Shown here: in pieces, positions 37,941 through 51,325 of the stretch | How the letters are laid out: the number at the start of each line of letters is the position of its first letter | Position numbering within the stretch: position 1 is the first letter of the stretch | Assembly (NCBI RefSeq): GCF_963921235.1 | Contig: NC_086097.1 | Coordinates: 74,278,001 to 74,342,000 of the forward strand | Direction: 5' to 3' | Source: Mobula hypostoma | Lineage: Eukaryota | Length of the DNA stretch: 64,000 nt | Made by a program: the position numbers and the translations under genes | Notes under the pieces: generated by a model | Databases searched by the model: none | The model's input: the letters and a program-made list of their open reading frames with translations, nothing else | Told to the model about the DNA's origin: nothing

Positions 37941-39239
37941 CTGGTTTCCTGAGTAGGTTTTCAGCAATAAAACAGCGTGAGGCATGTTATGTTTAAGAAA
38001 AACCGTAACCATTCATTTATTGTACTCCAAACACTGAACAAAAAGCATGGTAAGAAAACTTCACGTAATTACGGCATCACGTCAGCTCAGCCTGCGAAAG
38101 TGAACCCGGACTCAATGATGTGAATCATGTACGGTACTTCATTACCCTACACTGGCACTGGGCACCTCTGCTGCAAATGCTAGTTCAACGTAGTTGTGGA
38201 GTCCTAACTATGTTATATCCTGTTTCAAAATAGTGACATGAACAAATGCTGAAGCACACTGCAGCTTATTTACATGTGACATTTATGTAGAGCAGATCAG
38301 TTAAAACTCGGGGCTTTACCACCTAAGCTCCCGTATGAATAATAAACATTGAGCTAGTAGATCGGACAAGACAACATCATCAGGACAGAAGGGGGAGAGA
38401 TTAGGAGAAGAGGGACAGTGACACTAGGCACCATTGGCAAGGCTGTGCAAGAATTAAATCTGTTCTAAAGTCATCTATCCTAATTGAACTTTCTCTTCTA
38501 ATGAGATTCACACTTTCATTATGCTTTGGATTGCAACATCACACAAATATGAAAATTACTTGTCACACTGATAAATTTTCTGCACAGATTTTGAAAATAC
38601 ATTCATTGGTCATCATGCAATTAAATAATGTAACGGCGAGATTTTCATTTCATGATTTCAGTACTCATCAGTGTATGAAGAATCATGGCCTTATGCTCTA
38701 ATTACATGTAATGAGAAGAAAGTAGGAAATTCACATTATGGATCTAAAGATTAAATATTTTAAAAAGCGCTTTCTCTTTGCAATTTACAGAAATGGGCAG
38801 TTTTGAAGCCGGCCATACTGCATGTGACTCATGTAATTGAGGAAGAAAAGAAAAAAATGCATTTAGACACTTTCAGTAAACATACATCCACCCAAAGGAA
38901 GATGGCCAAAAATAAAGTCAAGCAAATACAAAATATCCAGCCTAATTTCAATACTCCAACTGGCAGCTTAACAAACACCCAAAATGTTCTTGTTTTGCCT
39001 TTCTTTTCAGCTCATTAGCAAAATGAAAATCTTTCCTCTCTTTATTATTTTTCCTTCTTTCCAGTTCTCTCCATGTTTAATTCAGGATCTGTGGCCATTG
39101 CCAGCAAGGTGAGCATCGATTGCATAGCCTCAGTTGTCCTCTCATGTTCATAAGCTTCTTTCTTGAACCTTTGTGGCCCAAGTAAGGAAGAGAATTCCCA
39201 CAGAGATGCTTAGTGAGTGTTTCAGCATTTTGAGCTGTG

Positions 39240-40325
39240 CCTAGCCACACAGTTGTAGGTGAAGAGAGAGTGGTCAAAGCACACATACTTGAGGTGCACC
39301 AGTGTTGACTGTCAGCGAGGAGCAACTGTTATTTCCAATCCATACAGCCTGTGGTCTCCCAGAGTGGAAGTCAAAGATCCAGTTGCAGAGGGAGGTACAG
39401 AGGCCCAGGTTTTGTAGCTTGTTGATTAGAACTGAGGGTACAATTGTGTTGAGTGCTGAGCTGTAATCAATAAGTAGCAGCCTGACATAGGTTTTGTTCT
39501 TGTTCACGTGATCCAAGGCCGAGTGAAAAGCCGGTGAGATTGCATCAGCTGTAGTCCTACAGTATTATGGCAATAGGTAAATTGCAGTGGGTCTGGGCTC
39601 TTGCTCAGGCAGGAGTTGATTCTGGCCATGACCAACCTCTCAAAGCACTTCACCACAGCGGATGTGAATGCCACTGGATGATGGTCTTTGAGGCAGCTCA
39701 CCCTGGTCTTCCTGGGCACTAGTGTGATTGTCGCCCCTTTGCAGCAGAGGGGAACTTTTGACAGCAGCAGTGAGAGATTGAAGATGTCATTAAACACTCC
39801 TGCAAATTGTTTGGCACTAGTTTTTAATGCCCTGCCAGGTACACCATCAGGGCCTGACGCCTTGTGAGGGTTAACGCACTTGAAAGATGCTTTGACGTCA
39901 GCCTCCGAGACAGAGATCACGGGGTCACCGGATCTGCAGGGATTCACACAGGTGTAGTTTAAGTTTCCCTTTTAAAGCATGCTTAAAAAATGTTGAGCTC
40001 GTCTGGGAGTGAGCTGTCACAGCCATTCATGATGTTAGGTTTTGCCTTGCAGGAAGAAATAGCCTGCAGATCCTGCCAGAGTTGAAGCATAGCTGATTCC
40101 ATCTGAATTGTTCTATTGCTCTTAAAATAGCCTTCTGTAGATTGTACCTGGACTTCTTGTATAGTTCTGGATCACTGGTCTCGAATGCCACAGATCTAGC
40201 CCTCAGCAGACTATGAATTTCCTGGTTCATCCACAGCTTTTAGTTTTGGTATGCCATTAAGTTCCCTCACCCATTCAGGTGTTGCTGAAGTTGGTGACAC
40301 TGTGGTGTATTCATTCAGATGAATG
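39240..40325 (-). mobile_element. Rex1/Babar LINE RT fragment
   Basis: Encodes [38 protein letters not shown] and [10 protein letters not shown]. Confidence 0.9.
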
Positions 40326-41724
40326 GGGCTGTATGGGTGGCAGACAATGCAGGCACTTTGCAGATGATGGGAGTGAATGCTTGAGGTTGTGAATGAAGAG
40401 TTGCTGAAATCAGAGGTTTTCTTTTGGATGGTTTTGAGTTTCTTGAATGTTGTATCTGCACTCATCCAGGGAAAATTAGGAGTACTCTATCATTCCTAAC
40501 ATGTGCCTTGCAGAGAGTATGAAGACTTTGGGATGTCCCTAAGATTTATGTAGAAGTATCTTCATTCACCTTGGCAAAATCATGCTTTCTGGATGTATGT
40601 CCTTCATAAATTACTTATTGCACATAAAACTTCCACAATCTTTACATATTATTTATGACAGAACAGAAGAAAAACAATCACTGTATCTTATTTCTGCTTG
40701 ATTAATTATTTCTTTCTGTTATCCTACAGAGTTAATGGAGGTTAATGTGATTGAAAACGATGAAGAGATGTCCATGCTTCCAATAGCCTCCACTACGTTA
40801 GTTGAAGACAATTTGTAAAAGCAAATTAAATTATAATCGCTTTTTGGAAAACAATAGCACATTGCTGCAGGTTTGGAGATATGTATTCAGTAGATCTGAC
40901 AATATGTGTTTACATGAGAGTGCTTTTTTATATCATAATGCTAATGATCACAAACAAAAGAATCTCATGTTGCTCAATGTTGAAACTGTGAGCCATTTGT
41001 TTCAATAACAATGAAAAATGTGAATTTATACAACCTCTGGATCTCAGATTATTTTTCAGGAAGATGTAAGCCATTAAGAATGCAAGCTCTTAGAGACCAT
41101 GATTTCCTTTGTCTTGATGTCATATGTGCTTCACAATGTTGCCAAATTATGATGCCAGAAAATTGAACTAAAATCAGGCTAATTGGCCAATTATGCCTTC
41201 AGCTGTAAATTAATTAAGATTGGAACAACAAAAGAGATTACCTGAGCCTTGTGATAAGGTAAGTAAGGTGAATGATGTCAGTCTTTTTTTGCAGGACAGC
41301 TCAGTCTAAAACTAAAGGGTATAGATTCATGGTGTGTGGATAAGATTGAAGGGGGATGTAAGAGGCAACATTTTCACCCAGGAGGTGGTGGGTACATGGA
41401 ACATCCTACCATTAGGCAAATACACAGAAGGGGAAAGGTTAGAGGGGTATGAGTCAAACACAAGCAAATAGGACCAGGTCAGGTAGGCAATCTCTTTGGC
41501 ATGTGCAATTGGCCTGAAGGGTTGTATCCATGTTGTCTAATGCAATATCTTATGAGGTCAACAGAGCATACAATATGCACTCCGGCTATAATCATTTGCT
41601 CCATAATTTCCGTTCAAGCACCCGATTGTAATGGAGAAAGCGACCAGGAAAACTGCCAGTTATAATGTGCAATTTATAGAACCAAACCAGGGCAAATAAT
41701 TTGACTTGAGTCATTGCTGTGGGG

Positions 41725-41804
41725 CAGGTGTTACCAACCTGGGGTCCACGGACCCTGTGCTTAACAGTATTGGTCCATGGCATAAAAAAGGTTGGGAACC
41801 CCTG
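41725..41804. mobile_element. hAT/Charlie-like MITE, 80 bp
   Basis: Terminal inverted repeats CAGGTGTTACCAACC and GGTTGGGAACCCCTG. The 8-bp TSD is only partly preserved. Confidence 0.75.
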
Positions 41805-43513
41805 CTCCAGGGCAATAAGCTGCATTTCCAGAGTTGCTTCATAGAAAGGTAAGTTAAAGAAAGCAAAATCACATTGCCTGAATAACCACATGCAGGTTAT
41901 AAAATTATTTAGACGAAGAGACAGTAGGTTTAAAAATAGTAAGCTTTAATGATTAAGGAGCTGAAGTGAATACACGCGCTAGCCAGTAATAAATCAAAGA
42001 AAACACTTTCTACATTTTAGTATTCACTGCCTTGGCTGTGCTTTCGTTACCAGTTGGGTATGTGATTATGAAATATGATCTGGGAATATGATGTTAGTGA
42101 AACCACTTTTAATAATTGAGATGATGAATAAGTTCAACCTCCTAACACCATCCATATCTACGCTGATCTTACGAAATTTAATCCATCACTTCAAAAGTAA
42201 AAGTTTGAAGTGTTTTTAGTAATCTACATGATATATGGCACATCAATATAGCAGCCTTAGAAATCCGCACCACTTACTTTCAACCAGATTAACATGCTGG
42301 TGGCTCATGTGCATAAAATTTCCATAAATTAGTTAGAAAGGTTCATTGCTGCCTAGGCTGTATAATTGTTGGCCATATCTAATTCACTACTGCCTTGGAT
42401 TATATATGAAAGGAGTTGAGCAGTTTGGAAAGTAATCTATTTTATGGCTTAGAATCTTAATTTTAACAAAAAAATGTGTTTATGATGCTGGATAGTGGTT
42501 ACACATTTCTGTGTCAATTTCAAAGTAGGACAGCTTACAAAAATAAACTCCCCTTTCAGATGTTTTGAAGGACAAATTAGCTGCTGTGCAATTGAGGGGA
42601 ATTCTGAAGTGAGCATATACAGAAAGCTAGAAACTTACAGAGTGAGCAACGTTGTAACCAAGTATGAGAAGGAGAATATATAAACCAAAGAAATGCAAAG
42701 GAATTCATTATGGGCAATCATCATGCTGTCAAAAGATTTACTTATCAAGTACACAGAAAGTGAGCTGGTTATGTTCTGAGGGTTGAGTAACGGATATCTG
42801 AAGTCATTGAGCTTAACAACCTTATTCTAAAGCCTAGAAGGCAAGACTGATATTTTTATAACATTGTGGAAAGGTAAATACAAAGAAAAAAATCAACCAA
42901 ATAATATCAAGTGATTCGCTGACTGAAGACAAATGCAACAAAAAAAATCACGTTAAGAAGGATTGGACTGAGTTACAACACTAAATGAACAAAATGCTGA
43001 CTGAATTCCTGAGGCATTAGCATTAATGTGTCACAGTAGCTTGGCCATGTAAGGCCAATATGACAGCATTTGACTCTGTTTGTGAAGTCACCTCTGTCCA
43101 TGACAGCATGCTGCCAGTGCATTTAATGAGGAGAGTGTTTGTGATTAAAGGGAAGTTCTACAAAAATTTCAGCAAGACATTTAGAAGAAATATTATTTGT
43201 GCTTGTCACTAATGGTAATAATGAGGAAGCCAGTGTGCAACACATAGCAACAGAGAACTTGAAGCAGGTTAAAGCACAAGGCAGTGTTTCATGTTTTAAT
43301 CAGCTTGCAATCATCCACCACGGCTTAAAGTACATTGAAATATTCATTAGAATAGCAACATATAATTGCCCCAAATTTTTGCAGAAAAGAAGTGTAATTC
43401 TTTGATTTTGAAATGGAATCAGGTTTAGTTTGAATTCTGTACAATATTAAAGCATAGTTTTCCTTCTCAATCACTGAATGATGCAACAATTAAAACCAGT
43501 GTTTAATCATCAG

Positions 43514-43688
43514 CACAAGAGATTCTGCAGATGCTGGAAATCCAGGGTAACACATACAAAATTCTGGGGCATCTCAGCAGGCCAGGTAGCATCTATGGAG
43601 AGGAATAAGCAGTCGATGTATCGGGCTAAGACCCTTCTGGTGATACTGCCTGACCTGCTGCGTTCCACCCAGTATTTTGTGTGTGTTA
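43514..43688 (-). mobile_element. Penelope-derived hairpin mini-element
   Basis: ~45-bp inverted arms (taacacatacaaaatt...gtagcatc and gatactgcc...gtgtgtgtta) flank a partial hammerhead scaffold. Confidence 0.85.
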
Positions 43689-44376
43689 ACCAGGACTTAA
43701 TATCTTGCATGACATTTGTTAATTACTTTAACCGATTACTCCCACATTCTAAAAAAACAGATGTTTCACAGCTATTGCTGCCAATTTCAACACACTGCAA
43801 GGGAGATGCCATATAAGAACCGGGCTCCAGAATAATCAAGCAGATATTTATTCCCTGATGTGCTGGACACAAATTGTCGCATAGTGATAATCCAGGGTAA
43901 ATTACTCATCATCTGTGCTGTTGATTTCTGTTTCTAGACATTACATGGATGTTACACAAAGCCAGATATTTAACAGAGCCATGGATTAAATGCAGTTGGA
44001 TTTAAAGTAGATGCTGTATTTGTGCTATTATCTGAGGCCACTATTGTCCTTTGCTCCAATACAGTAGTCTTAGATCAATTCCTTCATTTTTTTAAGTGCA
44101 AATTTTCTATCTGCCCATTGGAGGTGAGTTTTTATTATTTTAAATCCTAAATATGACAATGAAAGTAAGTGTGAAAGCAATATTAGACAGAGCAAGCAAC
44201 CACAATGAGTGCCTGTACGACTGTAGAAGAAATATATAAATATTTGGAAACCAGTTGAAAGAACAATATTTCAATATTTCCTCATCATTCCAATTTTATC
44301 ATTCAATCATTAATTCAGCCTGACTATAACCAAGCAAATTTTTAACAAAATATATTATATTATGAACCTGATGTCT

Positions 44377-44547
44377 AACACACACAAAGTGCCAGAGGAA
44401 CTCAGCAGGCCAGGCAGCATCTATGGAAAAGATGAAGGGCTCTGTCCGAAATATCAACTGTTTACTCTTTTCCATAGGTGTTGCCTGGCCTGCTGAGTTC
44501 CATCAGCATTTTGTGTGTGTTGCTTGGATTTCCAGCATCTGCAGATG
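44377..44547 (+). mobile_element. Penelope-derived hairpin mini-element
   Basis: 56-bp inverted arms at 44377-44432 and 44466-44521. The arm/loop junction and loop read GATGAAGGGCTCTGTCCGAAA. Tail is gatttccagcatctgcagat. Confidence 0.88.
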
Positions 44548-45459
44548 ACGTTTGTAGCTCACCTCTAATAATGCAGGCTCTATTCTTTAATTAAGTGGTT
44601 GTTAACAATTAATAAACAAGGCTTCCTTTTTACAGAGAGATTTTGCTTAGTTGGAAACAGGTTATCAATGGGATATGAATGAATGGAGAAAATTTAATAC
44701 ACTGGAATTTTAAATGTTATCAAACAAGTGCTTAACTTGTGTTTTTCCTATCAAAAGATCATTTCATATTTGGCATTCCTATATGTTTTCAATTAACCAC
44801 TTCTATTAAGCTCTTTTTTCTATATCCAGTGTACTGTTACAACAATACTGGTTAAATTTTAAAATTTACTTTGGGCATTTTATTACATTACAAAAAACTA
44901 TGCAAACATTAGCTGGGTTTTCTGAGAAGTGCATGTTTTCTCTTAACTCCCCTTTACTAGAATTTGTGTTTAATTATTTTCCTGCCCCTCCTCACCATGA
45001 GTATGTTTGCATTTAGTTACCCAGCAGACCCAATAGTTTTTAAATTAAAGCCTAGAGGCAATTAATCTGCCATTGATTTTTCAATAGTTCAAACCCTGAA
45101 GTGCATTTGCATTTCTTTTTCTTTATTATATTTTTGCTTCAATCGCAATTTTGCAGTCTACAAATGAAGATTCCAAAGGAGGGCTGCATCTGTCAGCTTG
45201 CTCTACTACTGCACTCTGCATGGAGTCCAACAGCCTAGTGTTCCAACATAGTTCTGGAGCCTTACCACTTGGGTGCCGCACCAAGGCAATCCAGCGGGAT
45301 TGTGTGAGAGCCCAGTTTTTTCCAAGAAGATCCAGGCTAACAGATTACGAAGAAACAGATGGAAAATTACTATTTTTTAACAGTTGTTCTATTTTAATGT
45401 ATTTAATTGTTTTTCAGTTCTTCTATATAATTTTAATTAACTACTTTTGAAGAATATTC

Positions 45460-46075
45460 AAAGATTCAAAGTACATCTATTATCAAAGAAAGCAGCTGGG
45501 GCAATCTTAATAGCTATTTTTGGTAGTCATAGGAGAGGAGCAACAATCACAGAGAATGAGCCAAATCAGCTCTTGCCCTGGATCCCGACACCAGGTCTTT
45601 TCAGTCTATCTGGATCATTTAAAAGTTGACTAAACAACAGGCTCCAGTGCCCTGTAGAGAGCAGTGAACATTGCGGAGTGTGAGCGAATTCGGCTCTCGT
45701 CTCCGATCTGGCCAGCATTTAAGTTGTTTAAATAGCGGACTGCACCTTGCACTAGGACATGGCTGCAGCAAAAGGCTCCAGGCCTAAGCCATGCCATCCA
45801 GTGACTCGCTCTGGGCCTAAATTTCACCGCCCAGCCTGAAGCCACTCTCAATCTCTTCAAATCAGCTTGGTACCCAGAGTGATCCAACCTCGTACCCGGG
45901 CCATTTGAACAGGCATCAAATCTCCTCTGCCCAGGCCCCAATTTCTCCTCTTGACATCCAGAGTGATCCAACCTAGTACCCAGTCCAGTTATATGGGCAT
46001 CGGAACTGCTTCTGCAACGATTCTCCAACATACCATCTCGGCTCATCCCACAAACTCACTGCGCCATCACTTGCT
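45460..46075 (-). mobile_element. Non-autonomous SINE-like element with a Rex/Babar-type tail
   Basis: The minus strand starts near gatggcg and ends actttgaatctttgaat, like the tail at 56505-56522. GC-rich, with internal repeat ccagagtgatccaacct at ~45874 and ~45958. Confidence 0.6.
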
Positions 46076-46287
46076 CTTCACTATTTGCGGCGACAAATTA
46101 ACAAAATTTACCTCAGTAAAAGTATTTTTAGTGATGTTTTAGTCTGATTTCTTAACTTTTTAACTACCAAAGAGCTGTCACATGCATTCAGTAGTATCAT
46201 CTTAACTGGAAATTCAAAAATACATGAATAATTTGTAAAATTTCCAAGAATTAACAATTTATAAACATTTCTGAATTTCAGAGATAG

Positions 46288-47005
46288 AACATAGAACAAA
46301 GAAATCTACAGCACATTACAGGCACTTCAGCCCACAATGTTGTGCCGGCCATGTAACCTACTCTAGAAACTGCCTAGAGTTTCCCTACCGCATAACCCTC
46401 TATTTTTCTAAGCTCCACGTACCTATCTAAGAGTCTCTTAGAAGACCTTATTTTATCCACCCCTACCACCGTTGTTGGCTGTGCATTCCGTGCACCCACC
46501 ACTCTCTGTGTGAAAAACTTACCCCAACATCTCCTCATATCTACTTCTAAACACCTTAAAACTCTGCCCCCTCGTGTTAGCCATTTCAGCCCTGGGAAAA
46601 AGCCACTGGCTATCCAGATGATCATAAGGCATGCTCTTCAATCCAGGCAACATCCTTGTAAATTTCCTCTGCACTCTTTCTATAGTATCCATGTCCTTCT
46701 TGTAGTGAGATGCCTGGAACTGAACACATGGGCGGTCTAACTAAGGTCTTATATAGCTTTAACATTACCTCACGGCTCTTAAACTCAATCCCATGGTTGA
46801 TAAAGGCCATCACACCATACCCCTTCTTAACAACTTTGTCAAACTGAGCAGCGGCTTTGAGCGTCCTATGGACACGGACCCCAAGATCTCTCAGATCCTC
46901 CACACTGCCAAGAGTCTTACCATTAATATTATATTCTGTCTTCAAATTTGACCTACTGTAATGAACAACTTCACAGTTATCTGGGTTGAACTCCATCTGC
47001 CATTT
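46288..47005 (-). mobile_element. CR1/HER1-like 3' fragment
   Basis: Encodes WQMEFNPDNC and LYKTLVRP. Same family as 252-1070. Confidence 0.92.
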
Positions 47006-50000
47006 CCATCTGATATTTTGAAAAATTATTAAAATCAGTGACAGAAGACAAAGCATCTGCAAAGTGTGTCTGGACATTTAGTGAGCTGGCATTTGGCACA
47101 ATGCCACCCAATATCCAATTGCTGCTGATCTGGATGGTTGAAAAAGCCAAAGAGATTTTCCCAGGGCTTGAGTTCCTGTGTCACCGGTAATGAGCAGTTG
47201 ACCAAATCCATTAATCTGGACAGAAAGAAAACAAATCTTCAATATTTTTTTCCATCAGATAGAGCATGAAATGCGGATTCTGTTAAAGATACTGGGCAAC
47301 TTTATAGAAATGAACCCTTTGCAAGTGCATATCTAATTGCCTTTTGCAATGTCCATGTAGTCCAGTTCTGCCATTTTTTCAATAAATATTTATCCATTTA
47401 TGTTTAAGAGCTTTTCTTCTTTTCTCAGCTTGCTCTTTTGCAATAATGTCAGATTGGTTTTGGATCTACTTTTTGATTTCTCCATCACTGTTTCTTGAAA
47501 GTCGCTCATAACTGTAAAAATGTACTAACATACAGCCTTTACTCCGGGGACAACACTGCCGTCGTCCCAGTCTGCCTGCAGACCTGGAACTTCTTATCCT
47601 ATGTATCATTCATTTTGTGTCTGAAGAGTGATAGAAGCTCCACAGTGGAAGTTATCTGTGAAGATGAGCTGCTTCTTTTAAATATTCAGCTTACATTTCT
47701 CCTCCGTGCCACTTTTCACAAAGTGCATTGCTTCATACTGAACGGCATTAGACAGCAACTGCTAGGCATCCACCTATTTCCCTAGTCCATGCCTCCCGGA
47801 GATCTACTGTGGTTATGCTCTCCATTTGCTCAAATTAGTGCCATTGGTAATTTTTACTGTTGTAGTTTCTATAGCCAAGTGCATTCCATTTATAAATGAC
47901 AGCATAGGCAATCAAATCCAGTACTGACTCCGGGATGAGCAATGTGTATTTCTTTTCAGTGAGAATAACATGGACCTGGAACATCATAAAGGATACAAAT
48001 GAGGAGCATTTCTGGTGATTGAGGGTGATGTTGGGACACATAAAGCTGGTACTAAAGAAATGAAAATAATCTTCCTTGTATAATTGAATGAAATGGGAAG
48101 TTGCTTATGCCGGGGCATATAGGAGTTTTTCTTGAGTTTGGCCCTGACAATGGTGCCAGAAAAACCACTTAGGGATCAAATAACAGTGCCAATATTTAAT
48201 TGGAAATAGTTTATCTTTACTGAAAGACTGATGTTGGGTGGATCTAAAAAGTACATTTGTTTTTCACAGCTCACACTATTTCTAAGATAAAAAAGAAGAA
48301 AGAGATTGCATATGTAATTATTTCTATCATATTCTTTTCTATTTTACATCACAGGCATATATAAATAAAATAATTTTAAAATTTTGGACTTCAAATTTTA
48401 AATTGACCAACTTCTAACTGTTGTATTAAAGAATATTGTCAGAGTAATCATTGACATCAAAATTCTAAAATGCACAATTTCCTGAAAGAAATGTACAAAT
48501 TCTCGATCTATTTGTCTTCAATAAAAACATTTTAATATGTATTATCTGGTGCCAACTTTCTTTTTGTAGTTCACATCACTGGTCAGATGAGGGAGCTAAA
48601 ATGTGCTAAAATGTTCATATCTTTGGTCGTTTAAGGGACCAGCGTATCTGAGCATATTAATTTTTATATAAAATAACAACCTAATTAATAATTTAGTCTG
48701 TGGCACTATGAAATATCACTGAAGTAGAAACTACCTTCTAATCCTTTCTACTCACTGGATAAAAATCTCACCTCTACTATTTTTAGGTATTTCCACTTTA
48801 AGATAAATCGAAAATATTACCATAATCTATTCCTGATGTGGAAGTTTCTTTATCCAATAAAAATTAATTACCTGATGATTAAAAATAAATAATGTAGATA
48901 ATACAGCCAAAAAGGAACTTAATTCCAAGAAACTGAATTATCAGACAAAGAAATTTTGAAAAACTTTAACTTCAGAAGCACAGACTAAATTGATAAGTGA
49001 CCCAACTGGAATCTACATATTTTCAGATTAAGATTCTCTGTAGCAGTCAAGTGTATTAGCCAACCCCTTAATGTGCCACTGTTTTATAATAAACACTTAA
49101 CAATGTAATATACCTTCATTGTTCATGTGATTTATACATTACATTATTCTATTTGTTTCACTCATTAATCTCAAGACACAAAGGAATCGGGGGTTCATGG
49201 CCCCCTGCCTGAAACCAAATCAGACTCCTCATATTTTTATATATGTAGATAAAACTACAGATCTGATGAAAGGAGAGCTGGAATGTGTTACAAGATGACT
49301 GTACTGTGGCATGAGTCTACACTACTTATAAAATTATATTTACTGAGTCATTTGATTGTCTAATTTTCCAATAACTCATTCGGCCCTTTGCAATAATAGT
49401 AATAAAGAAGATGAAGGAGGAGTCAAATTGTCCATTTTTGAACTCCCAGGCAAAACTCATTTGAAAAACCCACATCTTTAAACTCATTATTGCCATTGTT
49501 TGCTGGATTAGCTAGCTCTGTTATATCTTCTCTATCAAGATATATCTTCAGCAAATCTTCTGTTTGTTCAGGTTTGCAACGCTGCTGCAGAATGGCTGTT
49601 GATATAATAATGGCTCAACTTAACAAAACTACAATTCCTTATTGATCAGAAGGGGCCTGCATTAGTGTAGAGAACCTGATCAGTTAACAACATTTCATTT
49701 CAAGTTATAATTCCTGATTAAATCAGTACTAGCCAGTCTAAATGTACAACCTACTAACACAGAAAATTCTGACAGAAGGCTGGAAACAATGTGGCAAAAA
49801 TATGTAGTTCCTCTCCCTTTACTAGGAAAATTAGGTCTACACTATATAGTCACTAGTTCTTTGTGCAGTAACTATGCGGTATTATTTGTACGGTTTTTTT
49901 TTAAGATTTAGGCTTTCCTGGGTGCAAGCAATCTATCATGTATTGCGTGGTGAGAGTGTTATGACTTACCGAGAATGGATTGTTGTTTCAGTCTTCTTAA

Positions 50001-50454
50001 TCTGGTCAAGAAATTTTCAAAGGGAATCTAGTTAACAGTCTATTATGTTATTAAAATGACATTGATCAAACAGTCAACCTAATAGGCTGAGGCAAATACC
50101 CCAACTATTTGTAAGCAAGAGGGTTGGCACCTTGCTGTTTTTATTATTGCTTAATGGGGTTCAGATTGCAAACAGAAGCTTTCACTTGAAGAACGTGATA
50201 AGCTCCGTTTCCCAGCAGGCACGTTACAGAGGATATCCAGCAGAGTGTTATTGAATACCATAAATATTCAGCCAATAGGCCAAGCTCACACCCTGCCAGC
50301 AGATTCTTACCATCGTTTTCCTCCATTATTTAAAACACTATGACAACTCTTTCATTGTTACGGGTAGTAATTTTTGGAAGTTTCCATACAAAGCTCCACT
50401 TTTACTCTAATTCATCTGGGAAGATATCCCACCTAATCCTTACTGAGCATTTGC

Positions 50455-50972
50455 ATAAGACCATGAGACACAGGAATAGAATTAGGCCATTCAGCCCATT
50501 GAGTCAAATCCACCATTCAATTATGGCTGATCTATTTTCCTTCTCAATCCCATTCTCCTGCCTTCTTCCGGAAACATTTGACACCCTGACTTATCAACAA
50601 CCTATCAAGCTCTGCTTTAAATATACCCAGTGACTTGACCTCCACAGCCATCTGTGGCAATGATTTCCACAGATTCCCCACCTTTGACTAAAGAAATTCC
50701 TCCTCATATCTGATCTAAAGGGACACGTTTGTATTCTGAGGCTGGTTGTGCCCTCTTGTCCTAGATTCTTCCATGTCCGCTCTAACAAGGCTTTTCAATA
50801 TTCAATAGGTTTTAGTGAGATACCCCCTAATTTTTCTAAACTCCGTGAGTACAGGCCCAGAGCCATCAAATGTTCCTCATATGTTAACCCTTTCATTCCC
50901 AGGATGATTCTTATGAACATCCTCTGGACCATTTCCATTTCCACCCTATCCTTTCATAGATATGGGGCCCAG
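50455..50972 (-). mobile_element. CR1 3' fragment
   Basis: Encodes PFRSDMRRNFFSQR. cataagaccatgagacac tail. Confidence 0.85.
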
Positions 50973-51194
50973 AATTTCGGAACACAGGTGAAGGTAAATA
51001 ACAGATGATAACAAAACAGCTAGTGTGTGTGTGTGAGAAAGAGAGAATGAATGACCCTACAGTAAATTTATTGGGGACATTGGGAGGATTATTCCCAAAT
51101 CAACATTGGCCTTACCCAAATCCTGGTGATAGACCCCATTGACTATCAGTGGGTTCACTCTATCTATGACTAAATGTAAGGAACATTGATTAGT

Positions 51195-51325
51195 GGATAC
51201 ATAAGATGTATGCTGGGATCTGGAGCAACAAACATAAATGCTAGAGGAACTCAGCAGTGTGAACAGCATTAGTGGTGGTGGGGGAGAAGAACTGTCAACA
51301 TTTTGGGTCAAAACTCTGACTGAGT
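51195..51325 (-). mobile_element. Penelope-like pLTR fragment
   Basis: atgctgggatctggagc...aatgctagaggaactcagc...gtcaacattttgggtc. Confidence 0.7.

Noticed and set aside
37950..38151. Possible minus-strand solo LTR (TGTAGGG...CTACTCA, internal AATAAA)
   Set aside because: No matching TSD could be found and the boundaries are ambiguous.
45151..45450. 99-aa ORF after a good-looking splice acceptor
   Set aside because: No recognisable protein in any frame and no partner exons.
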